DNA from: an uncultured Woeseiaceae bacterium
GTDB taxonomy: Bacteria; Pseudomonadota; Gammaproteobacteria; Steroidobacterales; Woeseiaceae
Reading direction: 5' to 3'
NCBI GenBank assembly: GCA_964491485.1
Contig: CAZBGV010000003.1
Location: 4,878 to 68,877 of the forward strand
DNA: 64,000 bases
The translations under genes and the position numbers were made by a program. The number at the start of each line of letters is the position of its first letter. Within the stretch, counting starts at the first letter, position 1. Shown one piece after another: positions 10,909 to 20,191 of the stretch. The notes under the pieces were generated by a model. It worked only from the letters and a program-made list of their open reading frames with translations, was not told the origin of the DNA and made no database searches.

Positions 10909-12432
10909 TCAGCGGGCGCGGCGCTCCAATTCCGCCTCCGCTTCCAGGCTCTCGACGTCGCGGAAGATCGTGGCCAGGGCGCGGATGCTGCCGTCCGCGA
11001 TGTAGCTCGCACTGAAATCGTGCTTTGCGGGATCGCCGTCGGTCTCGATCCGGTCCCAGCGCGCGGCGTGCCCGACGTAGTTGATCGCGACGTCGTAATG
11101 CTGGCTCCAGAAGAACGGTGCATCGATGTAGCGCTCGCCGGCGCCCAGGATGTTGCGTGCGGCGCATTGCCCCTGGCGCTGTGCCACGACCCAGTGCTCG
11201 ACGCGGATGCGCTCGCCGCTCACGGGATCGGGCCAGCGCGCGATGTCCCCGGCGGCGTACACGCCCGGGGCGCTCGTCTCGAGATACTCGTTGACGAGCA
11301 CGCCGTTGTCCATCGCCAGGCCGGCATCCTGTGCCAGCGCCGTGCGCGGCCGCACGCCGATGCCGGCGACGATGAGATCGGCATCGAGACGCTCGCCGTT
11401 CTCCAGGCGCACGCCGCCATGCTCGAAGGCGGCCGCGGTATGCCGCAGGTGGAAGCGCACGCCCTTCGCTTCGTGCAGGTGGCGCACGAAGTCGCCGAGC
11501 TCGGCGCCCATGATGCGCTCGAGCGGCCGCGCCTCCGGCGCGACCACGTGCACCTCGACGTTGCGCTGCCGCAGCGACGCCGCGACCTCGAGCCCGATGA
11601 AGCTCGCACCGATGACGACGGCGCGCCGAGCGCCGCCCTCGACCGCCGCGATGATCGCCTCGCTGTCCGCGAGCGTGCGCAGGTAATGCACGCGGGCGAG
11701 GTCGGCGCCCGGTATGCGCAGGCGGATCGGCTCGGCCCCCGTGGCGAGCAGCAGCGCCCCGTAGCCGATCGCCTCGCCGCCTTCGAGCAGCACGCGGGAG
11801 CCGGCCGGGTCGATGCGCACCACGCGCGTGGCGAGGCGCAGGTCGATGCGCTGCTCGCGGTAGAACGCCTCGCTGCGCAGCGGGATCCACGAAGGCTCCG
11901 CGGTGCCCGCGAGGTAGTCCTTGGACAGGTTCGGCCGGTCGCAGGGCGGCGCCGCATCGTCGGAGAGGATGATCACCGGCCCGAGATAGCCTTCGCGCCG
12001 CAGCGTCTCCGCCGCGGCCTCACCCGCGGCGCCGCCGCCGACGATCACGACCGAGGCCGGGGCGCGCGCGGGCCGTCGCTCCGGGACGGCGAGCGGCGCT
12101 TTCTCGCGCACGAACACGCGCCCGTCCGCCGTTTCTACCCGGAAACGCGGCACGGGATTCAGCGCCGGCGCACCGATGGCTTCGCCCGTGCGCAGGCAGA
12201 AGCGGGCGTGATGCCACGGGCAGTGCACCGCATCCCCCACCCGCAGCCCCTTGCCGAGCGGCCCGCCGTAATGCGTGCAACGGCCGCCGATGGCGCAGAG
12301 CTCGCCGTCCACCCGCGCCAGCAGGACGGCGTCGTCGCCGACGCGTCCGGCGAGCAGGCCGCCTTCCGGCACGTCCGTGAGATCGATGCCGGCGCTGAGG
12401 TCCGGCCCCTCGGGTGGTTTCCTGCCTGCCAT
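10909..12432 (-). CDS. Rieske [2Fe-2S] domain fused to an FAD-dependent pyridine-nucleotide-disulfide (ferredoxin-reductase-like) oxidoreductase
   Basis: CTHYGGPL..CPWHHARF Rieske motif, VVIVGGGAAGEAAA FAD fold, and a second VVIGASFIGLE NAD fold. The start was set at ATG 12430-12432 (MAGRKPPEG). Confidence 0.85.
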   Translation of the reverse strand: MAGRKPPEGPDLSAGIDLTDVPEGGLLAGRVGDDAVLLARVDGELCAIGGRCTHYGGPLGKGLRVGDAVHCPWHHARFCLRTGEAIGAPALNPVPRFRVETADGRVFVREKAPLAVPERRPARAPASVVIVGGGAAGEAAAETLRREGYLGPVIILSDDAAPPCDRPNLSKDYLAGTAEPSWIPLRSEAFYREQRIDLRLATRVVRIDPAGSRVLLEGGEAIGYGALLLATGAEPIRLRIPGADLARVHYLRTLADSEAIIAAVEGGARRAVVIGASFIGLEVAASLRQRNVEVHVVAPEARPLERIMGAELGDFVRHLHEAKGVRFHLRHTAAAFEHGGVRLENGERLDADLIVAGIGVRPRTALAQDAGLAMDNGVLVNEYLETSAPGVYAAGDIARWPDPVSGERIRVEHWVVAQRQGQCAARNILGAGERYIDAPFFWSQHYDVAINYVGHAARWDRIETDGDPAKHDFSASYIADGSIRALATIFRDVESLEAEAELERRAR

Positions 12433-12449
12433 GTCGCTGCTGGTGCTCC

Positions 12450-12878
12450 TCAGGCGAGTGCCGGCCGCGGCCCGCGCTGCATTGCCGCGTCGACGCTCCA
12501 CGCCCCGGCGCCGGCAAACACGAAGTACAGGAACACGAAGCAGTAGAGCACGGCGAGCTCGCCCCCGTTCAACATCGGCAGGAGCACGTTGCCCTGGCTC
12601 GCGTGTCCCATGAAATACGCGACGGCCATGAAGCCGCACAGGATGAAGGCGACCGGCCGCGTGAACAGGCCGATCAGGAACAGGAGCCCGCCGAACACCT
12701 CGAGGATGCCGGCGAGTCCGAGCAGGGACATGAGCTCCAGGTTGTCGAACATGGCCTGGTGCGGGAAGCCGAACAGCTTCGCGGTGCCGTGCGGGATCAG
12801 CAGGTACGCGGTGATGATCCGCAGGATGGCCAGCACGCGCGGCCGCCAGCTTTCGAAGAACGCCGTATCGATCGCCAT
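12450..12878 (-). CDS. DoxX family membrane protein
   Basis: 142 aa with 4 TM segments and a DoxX-like pattern (LLIPHGTAKLFGFP). Confidence 0.85.
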   Translation of the reverse strand: MAIDTAFFESWRPRVLAILRIITAYLLIPHGTAKLFGFPHQAMFDNLELMSLLGLAGILEVFGGLLFLIGLFTRPVAFILCGFMAVAYFMGHASQGNVLLPMLNGGELAVLYCFVFLYFVFAGAGAWSVDAAMQRGPRPALA

Positions 12879-13017
12879 TCCTTACCCCTTTGTCGTGCCT
12901 TGTCGCCCGGGAGCGACTTCGTCCGACACGGTACTCCGGCGGCTGGTCGCGGGCAACATCGCCGCCGCCGGCCGTGTACTATTGTGCTTCGCCGCAAGCA
13001 CTGCACGGACCTCCGCC

Positions 13018-13797
13018 ATGCCTGAGAGAATGCCTGCCGTTTTCTTCGGACACGGCAATCCGATGAACGCGCTGCGCAGCAACGCGTGGACCGCGGCCTG
13101 GGCGTCGCTCGGCGAGTCCCTGCCGCGCCCGCGCGCCATCCTGTGCATCTCGGCGCACTGGTACGTCGAGGAGACCGCGGTGACGGCGACCGACGAGCCG
13201 CGCACCATCCACGATTTCGGCGGTTTCCCGCGAGCGCTGTACGAATTCCGCTACCCGGCACCCGGCGACCGCGGCCTCGCGCTCGAAGTGCAGCGGCTGC
13301 TGGCGCCGGTGCCGGTGCGCCTTGCCGACGACTGGGGCCTCGATCACGGCACCTGGTCGGTCCTCTGCCATGCGTGGCCCGCGGCGGACGTGCCCGTCGT
13401 GCAGCTCAGCCTCGACGAGCGGCTGCCCGCGCGGGCGCATTACGAGCTCGCAGGCAAGCTCACGCCGCTGCGCGAGGAAGGCGTGCTGATCGCCGGCAGC
13501 GGCAACGTCGTGCACAACCTGCACACCTACTCCTGGGGCCGGCACATGCCGGAGCCGTACGAATGGGCGAGCGCGTTCGAGCGCCGCGTGCGCGATCTGC
13601 TGCTCGCGCGCGAGCATGCGCCGCTCATCGATTACGAGACGCTGGGCCGCGACGCGCTGATGTCCGTGCCCACCCCCGAGCACTACCTGCCGCTGCTCTA
13701 CGTCATCGCGCAGCAGCAGGACGGCGAGTCGATCGCTTTTCCGGCCGAAGGCATCGACGGCGGCTCGGTATCGATGCTGGCGGTCCAGGTGGGGTGA
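13018..13797 (+). CDS. ygiD: 4,5-DOPA dioxygenase extradiol-like (class III extradiol dioxygenase, YgiD family)
   Basis: MPAVFFGHGNPMNA..ISAHW..IHDFGGFP..GSGNVVHNL pattern. The internal ATG of track ORF 12589..13797 was used. Confidence 0.9.
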   Translation: MPERMPAVFFGHGNPMNALRSNAWTAAWASLGESLPRPRAILCISAHWYVEETAVTATDEPRTIHDFGGFPRALYEFRYPAPGDRGLALEVQRLLAPVPVRLADDWGLDHGTWSVLCHAWPAADVPVVQLSLDERLPARAHYELAGKLTPLREEGVLIAGSGNVVHNLHTYSWGRHMPEPYEWASAFERRVRDLLLAREHAPLIDYETLGRDALMSVPTPEHYLPLLYVIAQQQDGESIAFPAEGIDGGSVSMLAVQVG

Positions 13798-15461
13798 GCT
13801 CGACCGCGGCCGCGGCCTCGTCCGCGCTCTCGCCTTTCCGGCACGGCGTCTTCCGCCGCGTCTGGATCGCCAACGTCGTCTCGCAGTTCGGCGGGCTGAT
13901 CCAGGTCGTCGGCGCATCGTGGATGATGCTGTCGATCGCCGATTCGCCCGGCATGGTCACGCTGGTGCAGTCCTCGACGACGATGCCGATCGTGATCTTC
14001 GCGCTGGTGGCCGGCGCGCTCGCCGACAACTTCGACCGGCGCGGCATCATGATCGCCGCGCAGGTGTTCATGCTGCTCGTCTCGGCGGTGCTCGCCGCCT
14101 GCACCTGGCTCGGGCTGATCACGCCGTGGGTCCTGCTCGCGTTCACATTCCTGATCGGCTGCGGCGCCGCGTTCAACGGGCCGTCATGGCAGGCCTCCGT
14201 CGCCGAGATGGTGCCGCGTGAGGACCTGCCGACGGCCGTGGCGCTGAACAGCATGGGTTTCAACATCGCACGCAGCCTCGGGCCGGCGCTCGGCGGCTTC
14301 ATCGTGGCGCTCGCCGGAGCGGTCGGCGCGTTCGCGCTGAACGCCGTGAGCTATCTCGGCATCATCGGCGTGCTCGTGCGCTGGCGCCGCCCGCGCGAGG
14401 AAAGACTGCTGCCGCGCGAGCGCATCGGCACGGCGATGCGCGTCGGCGTGCGCTACGTCCTCATGTCGCCGGACATCAAGCACACGCTCCTGCGCGCCCT
14501 GGTGTTCGGGCTCGGCGCGAGCGGGCTGATGTCGCTGATGCCGCTCGTGGCGCGCGACCTCGTGAGCGGCGGCTCGGTGTCCTACGGCCTGATCCTCGGC
14601 GCGTTCGGCGCCGGCGCGGTCGGCGGGGCGTTGCTCGCTCATCGCCTGCGCCTGTCGTTCTCCAACGAGGCGATCGTGCGTATCGCGCTCTTCTCCTATG
14701 CGTTCGCGGCGATCGGCAGCGCGGCGAGCCGCTGGCTGCCGCTCACCCTGGGCCTGCAGCTTTTCGGCGGCGCCGGCTGGGTGCTCGCGCTGTCCACCTT
14801 CAATGTGACGGTGCAGACGTCGGCGCCGCGCTGGGTGGTCGGTCGTGCGCTGTCGCTGTACCAGATGCTCGCGTTCACCGGTCTCGCCGGCGGGAGCTGG
14901 TTCTGGGGCATCGCGACGAACGAGCTCGGTATCTCGCAGGCGCTCCTCGGGTCGGCCATCGTGCTGCTCGTGTGCATTGCGATGGGCTGGCGTTACGCCC
15001 AGCCGGAGACCGGGGCGCTGGATCTCGACCTCGCGCGCCGCTGGCAGGAGCCCGAGGTCGCGCTCGATATCGAGCCGCGCAGCGGGCCCGTGGTGGTCAG
15101 CGTCGAATACCGCATTCGCGAGGCCGACGTGCTCGCGTTCCTCGCGGCCATGTCCGAGCGCCGCCGCATCCGGCGGCGGGACGGCGCGCGGCACTGGACG
15201 CTGCTGCGCGACCTCGAGGAGCCCGAGCTCTGGGTCGAGCGCTTTGATTGTGCGACCTGGCTCGACTACGTGCGCCAGGCGCAGCGCGTGACCAAGGACG
15301 ATGCCCGCCTGATCGATACGGTGCTCGCGCTGCACCAGGGACCGGGCAAGCCCCGGGTGCGCCGCCTGATCGAGCGCCAGACGAGCTCGCCGCCGGGTGC
15401 CGTCACCCCGCGCGCGCGCGTGATGACCGGCACGACGACGGACCCCGGCGGCCAGTCCTGA
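13794..15461 (+). CDS. MFS transporter (MFS_3 / EntS-like, with C-terminal cytoplasmic extension)
   Basis: The GTG start overlaps the ygiD-like stop (GTGA). About 12 TM segments, with an FRRVWIANVVSQFG N-terminus typical of this family. Confidence 0.85.
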   Translation: MSSTAAAASSALSPFRHGVFRRVWIANVVSQFGGLIQVVGASWMMLSIADSPGMVTLVQSSTTMPIVIFALVAGALADNFDRRGIMIAAQVFMLLVSAVLAACTWLGLITPWVLLAFTFLIGCGAAFNGPSWQASVAEMVPREDLPTAVALNSMGFNIARSLGPALGGFIVALAGAVGAFALNAVSYLGIIGVLVRWRRPREERLLPRERIGTAMRVGVRYVLMSPDIKHTLLRALVFGLGASGLMSLMPLVARDLVSGGSVSYGLILGAFGAGAVGGALLAHRLRLSFSNEAIVRIALFSYAFAAIGSAASRWLPLTLGLQLFGGAGWVLALSTFNVTVQTSAPRWVVGRALSLYQMLAFTGLAGGSWFWGIATNELGISQALLGSAIVLLVCIAMGWRYAQPETGALDLDLARRWQEPEVALDIEPRSGPVVVSVEYRIREADVLAFLAAMSERRRIRRRDGARHWTLLRDLEEPELWVERFDCATWLDYVRQAQRVTKDDARLIDTVLALHQGPGKPRVRRLIERQTSSPPGAVTPRARVMTGTTTDPGGQS

Positions 15462-15464
15462 GCG

Positions 15465-16193
15465 TCAGTCTTCGGGCTCGACGAGAGCGCGGTCCTGCAG
15501 CCACGCGGCGGCGAGCCAGCAGAGCGCGGCCCAGGCGGCGCCGGCCGCCCAGCCGGCGAGCACGTCGGACGGCCAGTGCACGCCGAGATACACGCGGCTC
15601 ACGCCGACCGAGAGCGCGACGACGACGGCGACCAGCAGCACGTAGGCCTTGAGCAGCGGCGCGGCGATGACGCGCGTCAGGATGGCGGCCAGCGTGAGCC
15701 AGGTGACCGTCGCCATCATCGAGTGGCCGCTCGGAAAGCTTGCGGTGTACACGCGCGTGCCGTGCGGCACGAGGTCGGGCCGCGGCCGGTCGAAGCCGAG
15801 CTTGAGCAGCGTGCTGACGAGGATGCCGCCGGCCACCGCGACCACGGCGAGCGCCGCCGCGCGCCGATGGCCGGCGAGGAGCAGGTAGCCGAGCGTGGCG
15901 AGCGTCACGAAGCCGAGCACCCCGGCGCCGCCGAGCGCCGTGAGATCGCGCGCCATTTCCTCCAGCCAGCCCGGGCCGATCGGGTCGCCGGGATCGTTTG
16001 CGCTGCGCAGCGCGAGCAGGAGTTTCTCGTCGAAGCTGATCGGCTCCTGCTCCACGATCTCGTCGGCGATCTCGATGAATATCCAGGTGCCGCCGGCCAA
16101 TGCGACCAGCGCGACGAGCGCGGGCAGCTGGTGGCGCCCGAGCCACGCGAGGAGCCGCAGGCGCGGGCGGTCTGGCGTCATGTGCATCGGCAT
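15465..16193 (-). CDS. PAP2-family phosphatase
   Basis: KLGFDRPRP, PSGH and SRVYLGVHWPSD motifs. The start is uncertain: the track ORF extends to a TTG at 16265. Confidence 0.8.
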   Translation of the reverse strand: MPMHMTPDRPRLRLLAWLGRHQLPALVALVALAGGTWIFIEIADEIVEQEPISFDEKLLLALRSANDPGDPIGPGWLEEMARDLTALGGAGVLGFVTLATLGYLLLAGHRRAAALAVVAVAGGILVSTLLKLGFDRPRPDLVPHGTRVYTASFPSGHSMMATVTWLTLAAILTRVIAAPLLKAYVLLVAVVVALSVGVSRVYLGVHWPSDVLAGWAAGAAWAALCWLAAAWLQDRALVEPED

Positions 16194-16303
16194 TCGACAG
16201 GGCGGCCGGCCGGTTGCGGCGGCCGCGCGGTCTGGTATGGTGCGCGTCCCGTTCTCGAGACGCAAAACGCGCCGGCCGGACGACGGCGAGGTGCCCGACC
16301 GCC

Positions 16304-16861
16304 ATGTCCCTGCTGCTGCTCGCCTTCGCCCTTTCGCTCGACGTGTTCGCGGTGGCCCTCTCGCGCGGCGTGGCCGCGCCCCCGCGCGCCGTCCTGCGGA
16401 CCGCGCTGACGGTCGGCGGAGCGGTGGGGGTGGCGCACGGCCTCATGCCGCTCATCGGGTGGAGCCTCACGGCGGCAATGGTGGCGCTCATGCGCGATGT
16501 CGATCACTGGGTCGCTTTCGTGCTGCTCGGGCTGATCGGCCTGCACATGATTTTGGAAGCGCGTCATCCGGACGACCTGGATCGACCCGCGGCCAATGGC
16601 GGCAAATCGCTGTTCGCCCTCGCGGTGGCGACCAGCATCGATGCCGCGGTCGCGGGCGGCACGTTCGCGGCCCTCGGCCAGCCGGTGGCGATCGGCTGCG
16701 CCGCGCTCGCCCTCGCCGCGTTCCTCTTCGCGATCGCCGGGGTCTACCTCGGCCGAGTCGCCGGCGTCGCGCTGGGGCCGCGCGCGCAGGTCGCCGGCGG
16801 AGTGGTTCTCATCCTGCTCGGAGTCCGCATCCTGGTCGAGCACCAGTTCTTCGGCGGCTGA
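16304..16861 (+). CDS. mntP: manganese efflux pump MntP
   Basis: 185 aa. MSLLLLAFALSLDVFAVAL and SIDA motifs of the MntP/YebN family. Confidence 0.9.
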   Translation: MSLLLLAFALSLDVFAVALSRGVAAPPRAVLRTALTVGGAVGVAHGLMPLIGWSLTAAMVALMRDVDHWVAFVLLGLIGLHMILEARHPDDLDRPAANGGKSLFALAVATSIDAAVAGGTFAALGQPVAIGCAALALAAFLFAIAGVYLGRVAGVALGPRAQVAGGVVLILLGVRILVEHQFFGG

Positions 16862-16882
16862 GCCGCCGCAGCCGGCGGAGCG

Positions 16883-19438
16883 TCACTGCGGCAGCGCGTA
16901 AGCGACGAGGTAGTCGCCTTCCGGCGTCTCCATGAAATGATGGCCCGCGGCCATGATGGCCACGTACTCGCGGCCGTCGACCTCGTACACCATCGGGCCG
17001 GCCTGTCCGCCCGCCGGCAGCACGTCCCTCCACAGCACCTCGCCCGTGGCGATGTCGATGGCGCGGATGAGGTCGTCGGTCGCCGCTGCGATGAACACGA
17101 GCCCGCTCGCGGTCAGGGCGGCGCCGCCGTTGTTCGGCGTGCCGATCAGGACGGGCAGCTTCGAGGGGATGCCGAACGGCCCGTTCGCGCGCGCGAGCCC
17201 GAGCGGCCGGTCCCAGATCGTCCTGCCGGTCGCGAGATCGATGGCGCGGATGCCGCCGTAGGGCGGCTCCTTGCACGGCAGCTTCGTGAGCGGCACGCGC
17301 CAGCCCGCGTTGATGTAGATCGCGTAAGGCGCGCCGGCCTGCGGGTCTCCCGCGACGCGCGGCGGGTTGTCTTCGGGCAGCTCGTCGCGCGTCAGGTAGC
17401 CGCGGCGCTGCGCTTCCGCGCGCGGCAGCAGCCGGTTGTAGTTCGGTACGTCGTTGTAGTTGGCGACGATCACGCCGCGCCCGGGGTCGACGGCGATGCC
17501 GCCCCAGTCGGAGCCGCCGTTGTACCCGGAGTACTCGATGTAATAGGTGTCGGTAGTCGGCGGCGTGTACATGCCCTCGTACGTCGCCTGCTCGAACTGG
17601 ATGCGGCACCAGAGCTGGTCGATCGGCGTGATCCCCCACATGTCGCGGGCCGTGAGCGGCGGCTGCTCGAGCGTGTGATAGAGCGAGAACGGCTGCGTCG
17701 GGGTGCGCTGCTCGGGCTCGACGCCACCCTGCGGGACGGGCCGCTCCTCGACGCCCGTGAGCGGCTTGCCGGTGCGCCGGTCGAGCACGTACATGTCGCC
17801 CTGCTTGCTGGGCAGGATGAGCGCGGGCACGCTGCCGCCTTGCGTGGGAAAGTCGACCAGCGTCGCCGTCGAGCCCAGGTCGTAATCCCACACGTCGACG
17901 TGCGTCGTCTGGAAATGCCAGACGGGGCGGCCGGTCGCGGCGTCGAGCGCGACGAGCGAGGTCGCGAACTCGTTTTCCGGCGGCGAGCGCCTGGAGCTCC
18001 AGTAGTCGACGGCCGCGTTGCCCATCGGCAGGTACACGAAGCCGAGCTCGGGATCGGCCGAGGCGACCGTCCACATGTTCGGGGTGCCGCGCGTCCAGGT
18101 CGTCCCCGGCGGCCGGCCCTCCGACTCCGGGCGCCCGAGGTCCCAGGCCCAGCGCAGCTTGCCGGTGACCGCGTCGAAACCCTGGATGACGCCGGACGGT
18201 GCGTCGAGCCGCTGGCCGTCGAGCACCTGGTGGCCGGTGACCACGACGTCCCGCACGACCACGGGCGGCGAGGTGATGGACACCATGCCGGGCAGGGTCT
18301 TTCCCATGCCGCGCCTGATATCGACCTCGCCGTGCTCGCCGAAGCTCGCGCAGGGCCTGCCGGTTTCCGCATCGAGGGCGAGGAGGCGGCCGTCGAGCGT
18401 GCCGGCGAAGATACGCGTCGGGCAGCCCGGGGACGCGGCCTGCGCCGCAACGCCGGGCTGCGGGAGCGGCGCCGTCCGGTCCCGGTCCGCCGCGGGCTCC
18501 GCCGGCCGGGCCGGCCGCGGCTGTTGCGCCGCCGCCGGGGCTGCGGCCAGGGTCGTGCGCGCGCGCGCCGCTCCGCCCGGCGGCACTTCGTAGTAAGTCA
18601 CGCCGCGGCAGGCGGCGGTGTAGGGGATGTCCGCGTCGGCGACCTGCGGGTCGTAGCGCCAGCGCTCTTCGCCCGTGGCCGCGTCGAGCGCGATGACGAT
18701 GCTGCGGGCTGAGCACAGGTAGAGGGTGTCGCCGATCTTGATCGGCGTCGTTTCCGCGCCCCAGCGCTCCCCCGGGCGATCGCCGGTGCGGTACACCCAG
18801 GCGCGCGACAGGTTCGCGACATTGTCCGCGCCGATCTGTTCGAGCGGGCTGTAGCGCATGGCGGCATTGCTGCGGCCGTAGGCCGCCCAGTCCCCTTCCT
18901 GCGGCGCATCCGCCGGCTGCCGGAAGCGGTCGTCGGCGATACTGAAGCGGGCGCCCACCGGCCCGCTCGCCGGCGCGCTCCGCGCTGCCCGGGTCACACC
19001 GTGCGCCACGAAGGCGAGCGCGAACACGGCGATGAACACGAGCGCGCAGAGCAGGGCGAGCGTCCGCGACACGCCGCGACCGGGGCCGCCTTCGAGCCTC
19101 GGCAGCAGCAACGCCAGCACGAACGCGAGCACGACCAACAACCCGAGGCGCGGGATCCAGCGCCAGTAATCGAGGCCGGATTCCCAGGCCGCCCACAGGA
19201 GCGTGCCGAAGAACACGGCCGCGAACCACCACGCGCCCGAGATGCGCCCGCGGAATACCTGCACGCCGCCGATCGCGAGGCCGACACCGGCCGGCAGGTA
19301 GTACCAGCTGCCGCCGAGCACGGCGAGCCAGGCGCCGCCGGCGGCCAGCACGATGCCGAGCAGCGCGAGCACGCTGCCGAAAACTCGTTCGGGGAGGCCG
19401 GGGGCCGCCGGCTCCTGCGTTGCGTCGATGGTGGTCAT
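16883..19438 (-). CDS. gcd: membrane-bound PQQ-dependent glucose/quinate dehydrogenase
   Basis: An N-terminal 5-TM anchor followed by a quinoprotein beta-propeller. The start was set at MTTIDATQ. It contains a roughly 35-aa Ala/Pro-rich insertion. Confidence 0.9.
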   Translation of the reverse strand: MTTIDATQEPAAPGLPERVFGSVLALLGIVLAAGGAWLAVLGGSWYYLPAGVGLAIGGVQVFRGRISGAWWFAAVFFGTLLWAAWESGLDYWRWIPRLGLLVVLAFVLALLLPRLEGGPGRGVSRTLALLCALVFIAVFALAFVAHGVTRAARSAPASGPVGARFSIADDRFRQPADAPQEGDWAAYGRSNAAMRYSPLEQIGADNVANLSRAWVYRTGDRPGERWGAETTPIKIGDTLYLCSARSIVIALDAATGEERWRYDPQVADADIPYTAACRGVTYYEVPPGGAARARTTLAAAPAAAQQPRPARPAEPAADRDRTAPLPQPGVAAQAASPGCPTRIFAGTLDGRLLALDAETGRPCASFGEHGEVDIRRGMGKTLPGMVSITSPPVVVRDVVVTGHQVLDGQRLDAPSGVIQGFDAVTGKLRWAWDLGRPESEGRPPGTTWTRGTPNMWTVASADPELGFVYLPMGNAAVDYWSSRRSPPENEFATSLVALDAATGRPVWHFQTTHVDVWDYDLGSTATLVDFPTQGGSVPALILPSKQGDMYVLDRRTGKPLTGVEERPVPQGGVEPEQRTPTQPFSLYHTLEQPPLTARDMWGITPIDQLWCRIQFEQATYEGMYTPPTTDTYYIEYSGYNGGSDWGGIAVDPGRGVIVANYNDVPNYNRLLPRAEAQRRGYLTRDELPEDNPPRVAGDPQAGAPYAIYINAGWRVPLTKLPCKEPPYGGIRAIDLATGRTIWDRPLGLARANGPFGIPSKLPVLIGTPNNGGAALTASGLVFIAAATDDLIRAIDIATGEVLWRDVLPAGGQAGPMVYEVDGREYVAIMAAGHHFMETPEGDYLVAYALPQ

Positions 19439-19583
19439 GGGGGCACTGGGACGGCCCGATGCAAGAACCCTGCCGCCGCCTCGGCCGCTCGCGGCGGCAA
19501 AATCGGCCATCGGCCGTTGCAAGTTTTACCAGCCCCGGAAATTGCTACCGCTGCGATCCGGGGCGGCGGCAGGACCCGTGCCG

Positions 19584-19599
19584 CGGTACGGATATTGCA
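19584..19599 (+). promoter_or_regulatory. weak sigma54 -24/-12 candidate upstream of the HiPIP gene
   Basis: CGGTAC-GGATA-TTGCA. The GG-N10-GC spacing is correct, with one mismatch in the GGCAC core. The -12 element lies about 32 nt before the ATG. Confidence 0.35.
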
Positions 19600-19630
19600 G
19601 CGGCTGCTGGCGATACCAGCGGAGAAGGCG

Positions 19631-20119
19631 ATGAAAGCGATGAGCGGATCTTTGGACCGGCGGCATTTCCTCTGCCTGCTGGGCGGAGTCGCCGCGTCGT
19701 TGCCGTGGCTGCCGGGATGCACCCCTCCGGAGGAGGCCCAGCCGCCGCCGACCAACGATACGGATCCGCGCGACCAGGACGCCGACGAGCCGGCGCCGCC
19801 CGGGCAGTCGGCGAGCGAGCTCGGGCAGCAGCCCGGGCAGGCCGGCGGCCCGGATGCCGGGACCGGCGACACGGCGATGCTGCCGCATCTCGACGAGAGC
19901 GACACGATGGCGCAGGCGCTCGGTTACAAGCACGATGCGAGGCAGGTGAACGCGGAGCAGTTCCCGAGCCGCGCCGACCCCAAGAGCGCGAACGAATTCT
20001 GCAAGAACTGCGTGCACTTCCAGGGCCCGCCCGATCAGCAGTGGGCCCCCTGCACGATCTTCCCGGGCAAGCTCGTCAACGCTGACGGCTGGTGCAGCGC
20101 CTGGGCGGCGCAGACCTGA
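19631..20119 (+). CDS. high-potential iron-sulfur protein (HiPIP) with Tat signal, lipobox and long acidic/Pro linker
   Basis: DRRHF Tat motif, LPGC lipobox, and C-terminal CKNC..C..C (GWCSAW) HiPIP cysteines. GGAGAAGG lies upstream of the ATG. Confidence 0.85.
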   Translation: MKAMSGSLDRRHFLCLLGGVAASLPWLPGCTPPEEAQPPPTNDTDPRDQDADEPAPPGQSASELGQQPGQAGGPDAGTGDTAMLPHLDESDTMAQALGYKHDARQVNAEQFPSRADPKSANEFCKNCVHFQGPPDQQWAPCTIFPGKLVNADGWCSAWAAQT

Positions 20120-20139
20120 CACGCATCCCACGGTGGAGG

Positions 20140-20169
20140 CATGGCCGGGGGGGATGCCCGCCGGCCATG
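20140..20169. terminator. hairpin between convergent genes
   Basis: catggccgg-12 nt-ccggccatg, located between the HiPIP and amidohydrolase gene ends. Confidence 0.4.
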
Positions 20170-20191
20170 TCGCTGATAGGGAGTTGGTTGG

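Noticed and set aside
9260-11890. The upstream 877 codons of track ORF 8531..11890(-).
   Set aside because: Only the last 242 codons (Yip1-like, with its own SD and ATG) look like protein. The rest overlaps the phospholipase D and Rieske-reductase genes in another frame. The same logic was used to trim 12589..13797, 13086..15461, 19001..20119, 31532..34030, 35427..36980, 49317..50822, 59875..62433 and 61368..63896.
16194-16303. I looked for a yybP-ykoY Mn2+ riboswitch upstream of mntP, as found in E. coli.
   Set aside because: I could not see the conserved GGGGAGUAG / UUGACAUA blocks. The region is short and GC-rich.
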